Origin: Callorhinchus milii
Lineage: Eukaryota
NCBI RefSeq assembly: GCF_018977255.1
Contig: NW_024704760.1
Location: 434,168-498,000 of the forward strand
Direction: 5' to 3'
DNA: 63,833 nucleotides
Below, piece after piece: positions 27,201 to 39,874 of this stretch (its first letter is position 1; the number at the start of each line of letters is the position of its first letter). The notes under the pieces are model-generated. The model was not told the origin of the DNA and made no database searches. It saw only the letters and a list, made by a program, of their open reading frames with translations. A program made the position numbers and the translations under genes.

Positions 27201-30200
27201 TGTCTGTCTGTCTCCCCTGGTATGTGTGTCGGTCGCGCTGGATTCCAGTAGGGACAGCGTTCCTATGTTCTTGTGACAGGCGCCTCTGGTACCTGACACA
27301 AGAGACAGTCAGTGTCAGGAAAGGATGTGCCTGGGTGGGGGGGGAGCATGACAGGCCCAATCCCCCCATCCTCTGCCTGTGGCACAAGAACCTCTTAGCC
27401 TGGTGAGGAGAGGAGGGGGGTCTGTCTGCACCTTATCAAGTCTTCGAGACGTCTCAAAGTGCTTCACAGAATATACAGTAAAGTGTTGTGAATGTGTATT
27501 TTGTGGGCGAAACACGGCAGCCAATTGCGCACAGCAGCGTCCCCACAAACAGCGGTGGATTAAGAGAATGAATCAATCCATTACACAGACAGTTAGCGCT
27601 CTGTTACACTGCCCTGTTTGAGGGGCACTGTATAAATGTAAGTTGTTGTTGTTGGCAAGAGAGGCTTTCGACTCCAGTTAGACTCCACCTGGAGTACAGT
27701 GTATAGCTCTGGTCAGGCCACACCTGGAGTACTGCACTGGTTGATGCGTTGTACACAGTACCAGGCCCCAATCTGTGCGGAGGAGAGCAACAAGTTGTGT
27801 GTGTGTGTTTGTGTGTGTGTCTGTGGTGTGAATGGCATTGTCTGTTCACTACTGTATTATACGGCCTCAGTGACATTCGAATTAAAATGAGGAAGTGGAG
27901 CTGAGCTTTTTATGTACAGGGTGTCAGACAGATGGGGGAGGGGCTGATGGGGGTGGGTGGGAGAGGGCGATGAAGCAAAGACAACGCAAATAGCTTGTGG
28001 GCAGTGAGATGGGTGGGAGAAAGGATTGAGGAAGCTGATGAGCAGGTGGGTACGATTGGGGAGGGGGTGGAAGAAGGAGAGGGAGGGGGAGGATAGTCAA
28101 TGCGGAAGGGAAGGGGGAGCTAAGAGCTAATATTCCTCTTTCTGAAGGTTCTGCTAGTTCCATTGCTAGTTACCATGGTGGGGGGGGGGGGTAACTCGGT
28201 TATTTTGCAGAAGTCTGCCCACTTCTTGTTGGAGTTTGAGGTTGAGGTTTACACCTGTTTCTGGGTCACAACTGAGAACTGAGAATTTCAGTTGGACTTA
28301 GCTCCACTATCACCCCAGAGAAAACCACTCACTAACTTCACAGCTCTTTGTGGGACGTCGCTGGGTACACATTGGCTGTCACATCTGCTTTGGTCAGCCG
28401 GGTGTCAGAGACATGTGTGGAAGGCCATCACTGTACTTAAGAAGAGCATCCAAACCAAACTGAGATTTCCGTGCATCCCATCTACACATGGAAATCCCAA
28501 AGATAGATTGTTGTAATGGAAAGCGCTCTCTCTCTCCCTCCCCCCCCACCGCCCCCAGGAGGGACCCATGCTGCTTAACTAATTCCGGAAAGTATTAGGC
28601 ACAGGTTGGCACAAACCATGGCTTGGGGACCCCAGAGTGTATGTTGGGGTAACTGCTAGAGTCTGACCAGCTAAAACCACATGGCTTGCCATTGAGAGCG
28701 CTGTCTGGCAAGCTTTCCCGCTGCTTGTACAAATGTGATGTTTTGTGTTGCTGTTGCCTGGTGTGAAGTTGACTCCGAGGCTCCAGGTACCTGATCTGAT
28801 CCGAGTGACTGATCTCAGCCTGGGTTACAGTCAGCCATGTTTACCTCTGTCCTGGCAATGATGGGATCAGTTGCCGCTAATTGGGTTAATGCAGGCCTGT
28901 TTGTACACAATTAACGTGGAGACGGTCAAGCTGTGACCATGTGAGCGGCTGCTAGTTGCCTTGCCTTGTCCAAGGGCATGCAGGTAATTCACGGAGATGG
29001 TTTAAGACAATTTCTGGGAGGGGGGGTTCGGGGGCTAGGAGAAAAGTGCAGCTATTTTATTGAAGAAACCTTGCCTGCATGCATTTCCATATTGCATTGA
29101 CACCTCATTTTACCTTGGTGGTTTGCAGACAGATTGGGGGGGGGGGGAGTTGGAGAACGGTTGGAGGCTTCTTGGGGAAGTGGGTTCCGTGTCTCTTTAA
29201 ACAGCAGCGACAGTGTACACGTGTCGTGTACCTCAGCACGTCTCTGCTAAAGGGAATCTAATTTATACTGAACTTTTACCCTCTCGCTCAGCCACCCTCT
29301 TCCAATTACTGTGTCTCCATCCCCGGCCGGTCAGCTACTCACTCCATCCGTGCTCCCTGCACACTCCCCATTCCCCCCCCCGCCACGCTCCCCATTCCCC
29401 CCACCCCCACGCTCCCCATTCACACCCGCGCTCCCCATTCACACCCGCGCTCCCCATTCCCCCCCACACTCCCCATTCCCCCCCCGCACTCCCCAGTCTC
29501 CCGCGCGCTCCCCATTCCCCCCCCTGCACTCCCCATTCCCCCCGCGCTCCCCATTCCCCCCCTCCACGCTCCCCATGTCCCCCCAATGGGTTGACTCATT
29601 GGAGGTGGACGCCAGTAGAAGGAGTCAAAAATCTGCAGTTCTTGGGTAATTGTAAGGTGGGGGGGTTGGGCTGGGGGGAGAGTGGGGGTTGGGCTGGGGG
29701 GAGAGTGGGGGGTTGGGCTGGGGGAGAGTGGGGGTGTTGCGGTGGGGTTGGGTTTGGGCAGTGGATGTTGATTGTGATTTTTGTTGAGGAGATTGTAAAG
29801 TTACACAACACTGTGGTTTGTGCGTCTGTAGTTCTGCTTTACAAGTATTTGCAGATCTTGCGGAATCTTCCCCCTCACTCCTCCCCCCCCAACCTCCCCC
29901 CCCCCCCCCCTCCTCCGAGTCGCTTTGTTGTTGGAAAAACCTGAAGTTTGGAAACTTTGAGTCCGACTCGAGAGAGGGATTAAAAGAAGGAGCTGCAGTT
30001 TTTATTAAAGGGGAGGGCAGTTTCTTATTAAAGGGGAGGTTGGGCCCACGGAATTCCCTGTGGACCCAATGATTGTTGCTGCTCCGGAATGAAACACCGA
30101 GGCATCTTCAGTGCAAATGGTGTATTGCTTAAGTCGTTTCCTCTTATCCTTGGGGGGAGACGAGGGGGATGGGCAGGGGAGGAGGAGTGTTATTTGTCAG

Positions 30201-30607
30201 GTACCCTGAGGTGTGTGTATATATATATATATATATATATCTCCTGTGTAAACCAGAGAGACATGGAGTGGCCCCATTGTGTGGCTGACCTTTGGGTTCT
30301 GACCCTGTGCTGAGATTATGAAGGATATTTTGCTAATTTTCCAACTCTCTGTATCTCTACCTCTTTACTGGATGGAGTGAGTTGTCAGGGCCGGTTGTGG
30401 GAGCCCAGCAAATTGGGGGGGGTGGGGGGGGTGGCAGCATTTAAGAGGGAATTAACACCTGGGGTGGTGGGAAGAGTACAGGGAGTTGGCATTTAGTATT
30501 GTTGGAGACACCGTACTTCAGACAAGACATTAAGCCAAGCTCCCGTCTGTGCCCTGTTCAAGCTACTGTTAAAGATCCCACAGTGCTATTGGAAAAGAAA
30601 AGAGAGT

Positions 30608-30646
<39 letters not shown>

Positions 30647-30817
30647 TGTGTCCTGGCTGGCAATCACCCACCCCCCAGATAAAATCGCTCATTCACTTCA
30701 CGGGAACATCGCGGGGAATATCGCTAGGCCTAAACTGGGCTGCTGCACTCGCCCGCAAGTCACCACACTTGACCGCAAACTGTAAGTGTTTTCATGTGTA
30801 TCAAACACAAAAGTCTG

Positions 30818-31193
30818 TGGAATCCTGTAGTGCGGTGGTTAGAGCGCGCGCCTCGTAAGCGAGAGGACCTGGGTTTGATTCCTGGCTGCAGCGAAAGGTT
30901 GGGCAAGTTTACTTACTCCACACACCTCTGTTTACCAGCAGTAAGTAGGAACCCAGTTGTTAGTTGATTGTTGGATCGCTTTTCCAGAGATAATAATCCC
31001 TTTAAAAAAAAACACACAAAAAAAATTGGTGACTCATTCCACGGCTGTTTGTGGGACTCTGCTGTGTGCAATTGGCTGCCGCGTTTCGCCCACAGAATAT
31101 ACAGTCAATTCACTTCATAGTATATTGTGTGAAGCGCTTTGAGACGTCTCAAATTTGTGATAAGGTGCTATATGAAAGGGAAGGATTATTATT
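30818..31193 (+). mobile_element. Full-length tRNA/CORE-like SINE
   Basis: Head tcctgtagtgcggtggttagagcgcgcgcctcgtaagcgagagg, CORE-like gggcaagttt...cctctgtttaccagcagtaagtagg, shared tail. Confidence 0.85.
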
Positions 31194-34100
31194 AAAAGTT
31201 TGTTTCACTGCGATGCTGGGTTTGGGGAGTGAGCGATTGTCAGCGAGAGAGTTCCCCAATGACTGTCAGCCTATCCCCCACTCCCCCCCCAGCCCCCCCA
31301 CCACCAGCTTCCCCGGGAGCATTTATGCTCCTTAATTACCTCATGAGTCACTCATCCTGGAATGTCCTGATGGACACGGTGACAGGAGAATTTGACATTT
31401 TCCAGGAAGGACTCAGTAAATTGTTTTGTAACAGGATCTCTCTCTCCCTCTCCCCTTCTCTCTCCCTTGCGAGGAACGTGTGGCACAGACACGGGATTTG
31501 CTGTGTGTGTGTGTGTGTTTGCGTCTGGTGTAGAGGAACTGACAGTTGACAGCTCCCAACAGGTTCAACCCCCCCCCTCCCACCCTGAACCTGAGCAAGT
31601 GGGAGAGAATGAGATGGATCTGTTTCACTTGTTAACAGGTTCCTTGTCAGTGGCTGTGCCCCAGCCCCTCGGTCGCTCTCAGGGTGAGTTGAGGGTGGGG
31701 GAAGCTGACTATGGAGTTCTCCCCCTAACCCCCCCACCCCCCACCCCCCACCCCCATGGGAGAGCTCAGTGCACAAAAGGTTAACGGAGACACAAGCATC
31801 TTTTGATATGAATAATAATAATAATCCTTGCATTTGATACAGCGCCTTATCAGGACTTTGAGAATGTACAATATACTGTGAAAGTGTATTGACTGTGTGT
31901 ATTGTGGGCAAAACGCAGCAGCCAGTTTTTATTATTCCTTCGTTGTGAGGAGAGCTTGTCAGCAAGTTCTCAAGCGGGGAATGTGTTGAGCAATTTCCTG
32001 ATTGAATTCTCTCCCCCCCCCCACCCACCCCGCACACTCCGGCCAATCCCCAATCCCAATCCAGTCAGGCGTTTGTCACAGTCAGGCCAGCCCACAGTCA
32101 AACTCACTGGCAGAGATTAGCAGCTGGAGGGAGATCACTCGGTTACACAAGGAGGGAGAGAGAGAGAGAGAGAGGGATCGCAGAGGCTGAGATAAAGAGA
32201 GAGAGAGAGCTGTGCAGTAAAATATTGCTGGACGTTGCTGTATTCAATTGGCTGCCGCGTTTCCCCCACAAAATACAGTGTATCCTGTGAAGCGCTTTGA
32301 GACGTCTTAAAGACGTGATAAGGCGCTGCATCAAATGCAAGGATTATTATTGATATTATGAATGAAGACCGAAGGGAAGAATTGGACTACAATCTTTGTG
32401 AATGTCTTAAATTTCCTGGCTAGTGCCTACCACCACCCCCCCCCCCCACCCCACACACACATACACACACAGCTGTTGTGTCTGTACAGCACTTCCTCTT
32501 TTCGGAGGGCGGATGAGGGCTTTATCTCATCCCCCGGTGACCGGAGAGGAAACTGGCCCACAGTGATAAGCTTCTCTCTGCCTCAGGCAGGGGGATTCAG
32601 GGTCCCAGCCCCACTGTGTGAGTGATTATCAGCTCAGGGCAGGTGGAACCCAGTTTCTAGTCAGACACTAAGAATAATCAGTGCACAAACTGACAAAATG
32701 TGTCAGGGTTTTTTTTTGTGTGTGTGTGTGTGGAAGGGGAGAGGAGGGGAGAGGAAGGGTGGAGTACTGGGCTGGGGTGAGGTCAGAGCACCTGTGAGTT
32801 TTGGTTGAGCCCAGACTGACTGGGATGGGTGGGGATGGGGGCATTCCCCTCTCACTGCCCCCCCCATCGAGGGAACAACCTCATTCCATTTGGATTCCAC
32901 AGCATAAACCTCGCTCGAATGTGCACTAGACACTCAATAATAATAATAATCCTTGCATTTGATACAGCGCCTTATCACGTCATTGAGGCGTCTCAAAGTG
33001 CTTTACAGAATATACTGTAAAGTGTATATTCTGTGGGCGAAATACTTGTTATTGAGGGTTGACTGAAGCTGAGACCATTTGAAGATGAGATTAGAGGCTC
33101 ACAATCATTAACAATCACTGTTAGAAGCTGTTTTGTGATTTGCAAGTTCTTAACCAAAAAAAAGGAAGTCTGCCAAACGAAGCCGGTTAATGTCAGGGAT
33201 TATTGTATGTCAGTGTGACTGGTACAGACACGTCACGTGTGAACACACTGAGCCTGGCAGCAGCTAACACAGGTGTAACACAAACAGGGAGTGCCTGTTT
33301 ACCACCCTCACCTCACCCCAGCCCTTAGGTGTTCAGCGGCTTACAGGCTGTTGACAGGAGGTTAATCCGCTGGGGCTGGAATGGACATGACTCTTGGCTG
33401 TGTGGCTGATAAGTTAGAGCAGTTTACGCTCTAGTCATCAGGCTGTGTCTGTCTGTGTGTCTGACTCTCTGGACTGGCCTGACCAGATCACACTGGGCAC
33501 CGTATCTACCAAAGGCCATCGATGATGGTTGACAAGAGCACGAGGAACATTCTGGAATAGGAGCCTGTCCATTGTGGATGAGGCGCAGAGTTTGATGATG
33601 GTAATCGGTGCATTTGATACAGCGCCTGATCAAGTCTTTGTGACGACTCAAAGCGCTTCACAGAATATACTGTTAAGTCTAATGACTGTGTATTTTGTGG
33701 GCAAAACATATACACAGTCATTATCCAGGTTGAGAGCTGGGAGTTTGTGTATGTCAATGTGTATGTGTGAGTGTCAGTGTGTATATCAGTTTGTGTATGT
33801 TTGTCTTTGTGTGTGTGCGTATGTCGGTGTGTGTGTGTCTTTGTGTGTGTATGTTGGTGTGTGTGTCAGTGAGTGTGTGTAGCTCGGCGTATGTGTCGGT
33901 GTGTGTCAGTCTGTGTGTTTGTCTCTGTGTGTATGTGTGTGTCAGTGTGTGTTTGTCAGTGTGTGTCTGTGTATCAGTGTGTGTGTCTGGGTGACCAGCT
34001 CCTATGGTTTCGGCTGGGCCTGAGTCTGTGCTGCAAGTTTGGACACGTCTGTGTGTTTTGGAAAGAAACCCTTGGTCTGTTTGTGCTGAGTTTGTTTTCC

Positions 34101-36430
34101 AGTCAAACTGACAGACAGAGAGCATCCGAAACCCAGCAGCGTCTCTCAACAGCAACAACAACATTACATTTGTACAGAGCCTTTCATGTCGGGAGGACAA
34201 CCCAAGGCGCTGGACAGTCAGTGTTTCGGATCTCTCTCTCTCCCTCTCTCTCAGTGAACGTCTCTGTCAATGACATCGGGGCTAATCTCTGGGTTATGGT
34301 GGACAAAGTGCTCCGAGACGCTGTATAAATCCAACTGGTTGTTGAGGGATAGTGCTGTGCACAGTCACTACACTTGTCAGCTACTCCCCAGGGAGATGCT
34401 TGGACACTGTAGGTGCAGGGGGCGGGGGTCGAGTGTGTGTGTGTGGGGGGAGGGGGGGGTTGGGTGTGTGGGTTTGGGTGTGTGGGTGGGGGTTTGGGTG
34501 TGTGGGTGGGGGTTGTATGTGTGAGGGGAGGCGGGGGTCGAGTGTGTGTGTGTGTGGTGGGGGTGTGTTGGATGTGTGTGTGTGTGGGGGGGGGGGTTGG
34601 GGTGTGTGGGTGGGGGTTGTGTATGTGTGTGTGGGTAGGGGGGTGGTTGTATGTGTGTGTGTGTGGAGGTGGGGGAGGCTCGTTGCTGGCTGTGGGTTGG
34701 GGCCGAGTTGTGTATAAGCTCCGCTCTGTGCTGGGAGCGGGGACTAATAGTGGCTGTGTGATGGTTCCCCCCCCCCCCACCCCCACACACACTCAGCCGC
34801 TGGGCTGTCAGTGGCCATTGTGCTCTGGCTACAAGGGCAGCGTTGTTAGTGCTGTGTGTGTGTGTGTGAAGCGTCCCCCAGAGCTGCATCTGCCTCACAC
34901 GCGAGGTGGGGGGGAGCCAGTGTACAGCTGTTCAGGGTACAGTGTCGTGTTCAGTCCATGAAATATACCCCCATCTCCCCCCCCCCCCCACCTTGCCAGT
35001 GTTTGTGCCCCAGAGAGACGAAGTTCGGGGATTTCCACCTCGGCCCCTCTGGGGTGTCGCGCACGTGGCTGGTGTGTCTGTGTGTGAGTGTGTGTCTCTG
35101 TATGAGTGTGTGTGTCTGTGAGTGTGTGTCTGTGTGAGTGTGTCTCTGTGTGAGTGAGTGTGTGTCTCTGTGAGTGAGTGTGTGTCTCTGTATGAGTGTG
35201 TGTCTCTGTGAGTGTGTGTCTCTGTGAGTGTGTGTCTCTGAGTGTGTGTCTGTGTGAGTGTGTGTGTGTCTGTGTGAGTGAGTGTGTGTCTCTGTGTGTG
35301 TGTCTCTGTAGGTGTGTGTCTGTGTAAGTGAGTGTGTGTCTCTGTCTGTGTGGGTGTGTGTCTGTGTGAGTGAGTGTGTCTCTGTGTGAGTCAGTGTGTG
35401 TGAGTGTGAATCCAGGCAGTGATGAGGAGCAGTGGTCTGGCTGAGATCAGTCACTCAGCACAGAGCAGGACTGGTGCCTGTGACCGTGTACCTGGTGCCA
35501 GTTTGCTGTGTGGGGCTGTCAGCGTCTCCTGGATGTCATGTGTGTGTGTGTGTGGGGGTGGGGGGGGGGTGGGGGGTGATTAATCACACTGCCATGGTTA
35601 GCTGCCAAGCTCGGAGTTTGAGGAAGTGAGTGTTTCAGAGTTAGTCTGGTGGGAAAACCCATTATGTGTATTTGTGTCTGTGTATTTGTGTGTATGTATG
35701 TGTGTGTGTGTGTGTATGTATTTGTGTGTGTGCATTCCAGAAGAGCTCATCCCATTCCCGAGTGGGGCAGATTCCCGTGTGTAGGTGGGGTACATGTGTG
35801 GAGCTGTCAGTCTGGGTTTGGAGAGTAATGGGGTGTCTGTGTGTGTGTGTCTCACACCAAACCCCCCCCCCCCCCCCACTGAATACGTGCCCTCTGGTGA
35901 TAGCTCACACACACTACAGGACAGCGCTGGGGAAGCTGAGCTCAACCTGCATTTAATACAAAACAAACCTTCCCTTTGAGTCAGCACTTTATCAGGTCAA
36001 AAACATCTCAAAGGGTTTTTACGGTAATTACTGCCCGATGTCGTGAACTGTGTATTTCGTAGGCGAAAGTGGCAGCAAATTGCGCACAGCGACAGCCCAC
36101 AAACAGCCACAAAGTGTTTTTTTGGTCAGCCGGGCGTCTGACACACTGCGGAAGCCCATCATAGTGCTCAAGAGTCTCCAAACCAAGCTGAGAATTCCAG
36201 GCCTCCCACCTGGGAATACAATACAATACAAAACTACATTTGTCTAGCGCCTCTCACATCAGGACGTTGCCCCGGGGCACTGGACAGTCAGGGAAGATAG
36301 ATTGAAGTTAGTGTGTGTATGAGTGAGTGCTCGCGTGTGTGTGTCCCACATTCTCTCCCGCAGACACTAACGCTCCCCCTCTCTCTCTGTTGGCAGGGTC
36401 TGTGTGTGGCTGGAGTGCGCGGGCCTGACA

Positions 36431-36634
36431 ATGGCGTCCCGCACAGGGCTGCGGTTGCAGCTGATGCGAGAGCAGTTGCAGCAGGAGGAGCAGCGGGAGC
36501 GGGAGCAGCAGCAGGCAGCCGTGCATTACATGCAGCACCGCATGGCGGTGACGGCCGCCAGCACCCCTGCCATCAACGTCAGCAACTCCGCACCCCTGCA
36601 GCCCCGGCCACAGGTCCCTGTGGAGATCTTAAAG
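36431..36634 (+). CDS. TFEB: Transcription factor EB, coding exon 1 (acceptor at 36397)
   Basis: MASRTGLRLQLMREQLQQEEQRERE...TPAINV...VPVEILK|gtaac; recalled human MASRIGLRMQLMREQAQQEEQRER. Confidence 0.95.
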
Positions 36635-36654
36635 GTAACTGTCGCTATAGTAAT

Positions 36655-37065
36655 AATAATAGTAATAATAATAATAATAATCCTTGCATTAGGTATAGCG
36701 TCTTATCACGTCTTCAAGATGTCTCAAAGCGCTTCACAGAATATACTGTAAAGCGAATTGACTGTGTGATTTGTGGGCGAAATGCAGCAGCCAATTGTGC
36801 ACAACAGTGTCCCACAAACAGTCGTGGATTGAGTGACCCAATTATTACTATTATTTTGTGGGGAGGGATTCTTACTCCTGGAAAAGCAATCCGTCAATCG
36901 ACTGACAAGTGGGTTCCTACTCACAGCTGGTACACACAGGCATGTGTGTGTGTGACGTTTCCTCCAGTGCTCGCATCTGCCTCACAGAGGCGTATGTGTG
37001 GAGTAAGGAAACTTGCCTAAGGTTTCACCCTTCCCGGCAATCAAACACAGGTCCTCTCGCTTGCA
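36655..37065 (-). mobile_element. Full-length SINE, antisense in a TFEB intron
   Basis: (aat)n, tail, CORE-like segment and cctctcgcttgcaagc head in reverse orientation, starting about 20 nt after the donor. Confidence 0.8.
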
Positions 37066-37572
37066 AGCAGTGAGTTTACAGTGTGCTGTGGCCCACTCAT
37101 TAACTCGGTGTCTGATCACACTCATGCGTCTGTCCTGTGACCCGGGGTGACTGGAGCAAACAGTAATAATAAATGCTAAAGGACCTCAATACAACCTGCT
37201 AACCTGGCAGTGAATCCCTGACCAGGAACCAGTCACTGGCTACTTGACTAATGTGACGACTGGTTACTGTGTGTGTGGCTTTGTCACTGTCAGGCAGTCA
37301 CTCAGCCTCTCACGAGCCAGTCTATGAAAGGTCAGGGATGAGGACGGGGGTGTGGAGTGGTGGGGGGGGGGGATTTCCTGGAACAAGACAAAGAGTGATT
37401 ATAATGCAATATGTGGGTGACATTTGGTTATAGTATAATAAGTGGCTTGTGCAATGAGTGGCTGATGGGGGTCAGAGCTGGGTGGGGGTTCGGGGCTGGG
37501 GTAGAGCTGGAGTTGGGGGGTTTTGGGGGGGCTGAGGGCTGCTGGGGGCTAATGTCCTATTGCTGTGTGCAG

Positions 37573-37824
37573 GTACAGACACACCTGGAGAACCCCACCA
37601 AGTACCACATCAGACAATCCCAGAGACAGCAGGTGAAGCAGTACCTGTCGACCACGCTGGGCAACAAGCTGGCCAGCCAGGCCCTAACGGCTGGACACTC
37701 TCCCCAGGCCCCCACCGTCTCCCCCGGCCTCCGCAATGATCATGTCATCTCCACCTCCACCGGCAACAGCGCCCCCAACAGCCCCATGGCCCTGCTCAAC
37801 ATCGGCTCCAACCCCGAGCGAGAG
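37573..37824 (+). CDS. TFEB: TFEB coding exon 2
   Basis: gtgcag| [32 protein letters not shown]...[21 protein letters not shown] |gtaag; contains the S138/S142-equivalent phospho-motif. Confidence 0.95.
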
Positions 37825-38041
37825 GTAAGCACCCAACTGGAAGGCGGGGCCGGTGGTGGGGGGGGGGGGCGGGGGGGAGGCGGGGCCGGTGCGGGGAGGT
37901 GAATTATTATTGGAAGAAGTTACTTTATTCTGTGGGGGGGGTTAATTGGTTGTGGTTGAGATGGAGCTATGTGTTGGGTGCGTGTGGTGTGTGTGCCAGG
38001 CGTGTGCCAGGCGTGTGTACCATACTGTGGTGTCTCCCCAG

Positions 38042-38137
38042 ATGGATGATGTGATTGATGACATTATCAGCTTGGAATCCAGTTACAATGACGAGATCCT
38101 GACCTACACAGACCCTGTCCTACCTCTGCCCAACACC
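38042..38137 (+). CDS. TFEB: TFEB coding exon 3
   Basis: cccag| [32 protein letters not shown] |gtgag (acidic activation domain). Confidence 0.93.
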
Positions 38138-38377
38138 GTGAGTCAATGCCAAACACTGCCCCCCGCGCTCTCTCTCTCTTCCTCTCACACATACGATCTG
38201 TCTCGCTCTCACACTCTCTTGTCTCTTTTTCTCTCTCTCTATTTTCTATATCTCTCTCTCTCTGTGTGCCGCACACTCACTCGCTCTCCAGCTCACACGT
38301 GTTCTCCCACTGTTTCACTCAATCACACTGACTCTCTCTCGCATACTCACACACTCTCTCTCCCCTCCACTCACCAG

Positions 38378-38495
38378 TTGCCGTTGGCGAGCAGTACGCT
38401 GGAGGTGTTCGAGGGTCAGGGGCTGGCAGGGCCGGTGCTGGGGGTAACGAGCAGCTCTTGCCCTGCGAACATCGCGGTTAAAAAGGAAATGTCAG
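38378..38495 (+). CDS. TFEB: TFEB coding exon 4
   Basis: accag| [11 protein letters not shown]...[18 protein letters not shown]+G |gtaat; SSSCP is the S211-equivalent 14-3-3 site. Confidence 0.93.
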
Positions 38496-38947
38496 GTAAT
38501 GCATCCGTCAGCCACATCAAGCGAGTGGTCCCCACCAGCAGTCTGTCCGCAGGCCCACAATTCTCCCGGAATCAGCTCTCCTCTCCTCTCTGTGGCTGTG
38601 TGTGGGACGCTGCTGTGCGCAATTGGCTGCTGCGTTTCATCCACAAAACGTACACTTTACAGTATATCCTGTGAAGCGCTTTGAGACGACTTGACCACGT
38701 GATAAGGCGCTGTGTGCCAACACCAGGATGATGATTATCATACAATCCTGCCGCGCTTCGAGACGTTTTGAATGTGAAACGATCTGAATGTGATGTTCGT
38801 GCTCGTGTCAGGTTTCTGAGCTCACAGTGTGGGCTGTGGTGCTGGGGCCAGTCGGGGGGGGGGGGCTGCAAGGTGCAATGCTAGGGCGCGGTGTACACGG
38901 TGAAGCCAGGATCGCCGTAGCCTAACCAGTCGCCTGTTTTTCGCCAG

Positions 38948-39004
38948 ATGCAGAAGCTCGAGCGTTGGCGAAAGAGCGACAGAAGAAAGACAACCATAAC
39001 CTGA
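38948..39004 (+). CDS. TFEB: TFEB coding exon 5 (start of basic region)
   Basis: gccag| (D)AEARALAKERQKKDNHNL |gtgag; 57 nt. Confidence 0.95.
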   Translation: MQKLERWRKSDRRKTTIT

Positions 39005-39145
39005 GTGAGTAACAGCCTCGAGGGGCTGAATGGCCTCCTCCTGTTCCTGTCGTCATGTGTATCTTTACAGTCACGCCCTCGGCTGTTACTGGAGGCACAC
39101 GGTGACTTTGCTGAGCCTGACGTTCCCGTCTCTCCCTTTCTCCAG

Positions 39146-39221
39146 TCGAACGCCGGCGACGGTTTAACATCAACGACCGGATCAAGGAGCTGGGAATGAT
39201 GATCCCCAAATCTAACGACCT
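39146..39221 (+). CDS. TFEB: TFEB coding exon 6 (bHLH)
   Basis: tccag| (I)[24 protein letters not shown](L) |gtaag; 76 nt. Confidence 0.95.
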
Positions 39222-39504
39222 GTAAGTGAGCGGCTTGTTAATGGCGACCACTCACCCTGCGCGGGGCTGAACCCCACCCTCCAAACCCCCATCTTCCCCC
39301 AACACCCCGGGGCCAGAGTCTTAAATCTCTCACTGTGTGAACCAGAAGCCGGTTTAGTGAACAAGTCAAACCTTTTCCTTGTAAACCCCAATAACCAACA
39401 CCAGTCTATGTGATGCTCTGTGAGCATGTTACCTGGGTACAGGTGAGGTGAGGGCTGGGGTGGGGGGGGTCTGTGCTGCCCCCTGACCGAGGTTCTCTCC
39501 GCAG

Positions 39505-39652
39505 GGACGTGCGCTGGAACAAGGGGACGATCCTCAAGGCCTCGGTGGAATACATTAAGCGTCTGCAGAAGGAGCAGCACCGCACGAGGGAGATGGAGAC
39601 TCACTCCAAACGGCTGGAGATGAGCAACAGCCAACTGCGCTTCCGCATCCAG
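39505..39652 (+). CDS. TFEB: TFEB coding exon 7 (helix 2 and zipper)
   Basis: cgcag| DVRWNKGTILKASVEYIKRLQKE...QLRFRIQ |gtacc; 148 nt. Confidence 0.95.
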
Positions 39653-39874
39653 GTACCAGGGTGGGGGGTCGGCAGCTGTCAGGGGGCTGGGGTGTCAGGT
39701 ACCTGGGGGAGTGGCATCATGTGCTGGGGCGGGGCATTGGGTACCAGGGGGCGGAGCATCGGGCACCTGGGGGCGGGGCATCCAGGTACCTGGGGTCTCT
39801 CCCACACACTCCCCCTTTCCCCCCTCTGTGACTCACACACTCTCTCTCTCCCCCCCCCCCCCCCGCCCCATCAG

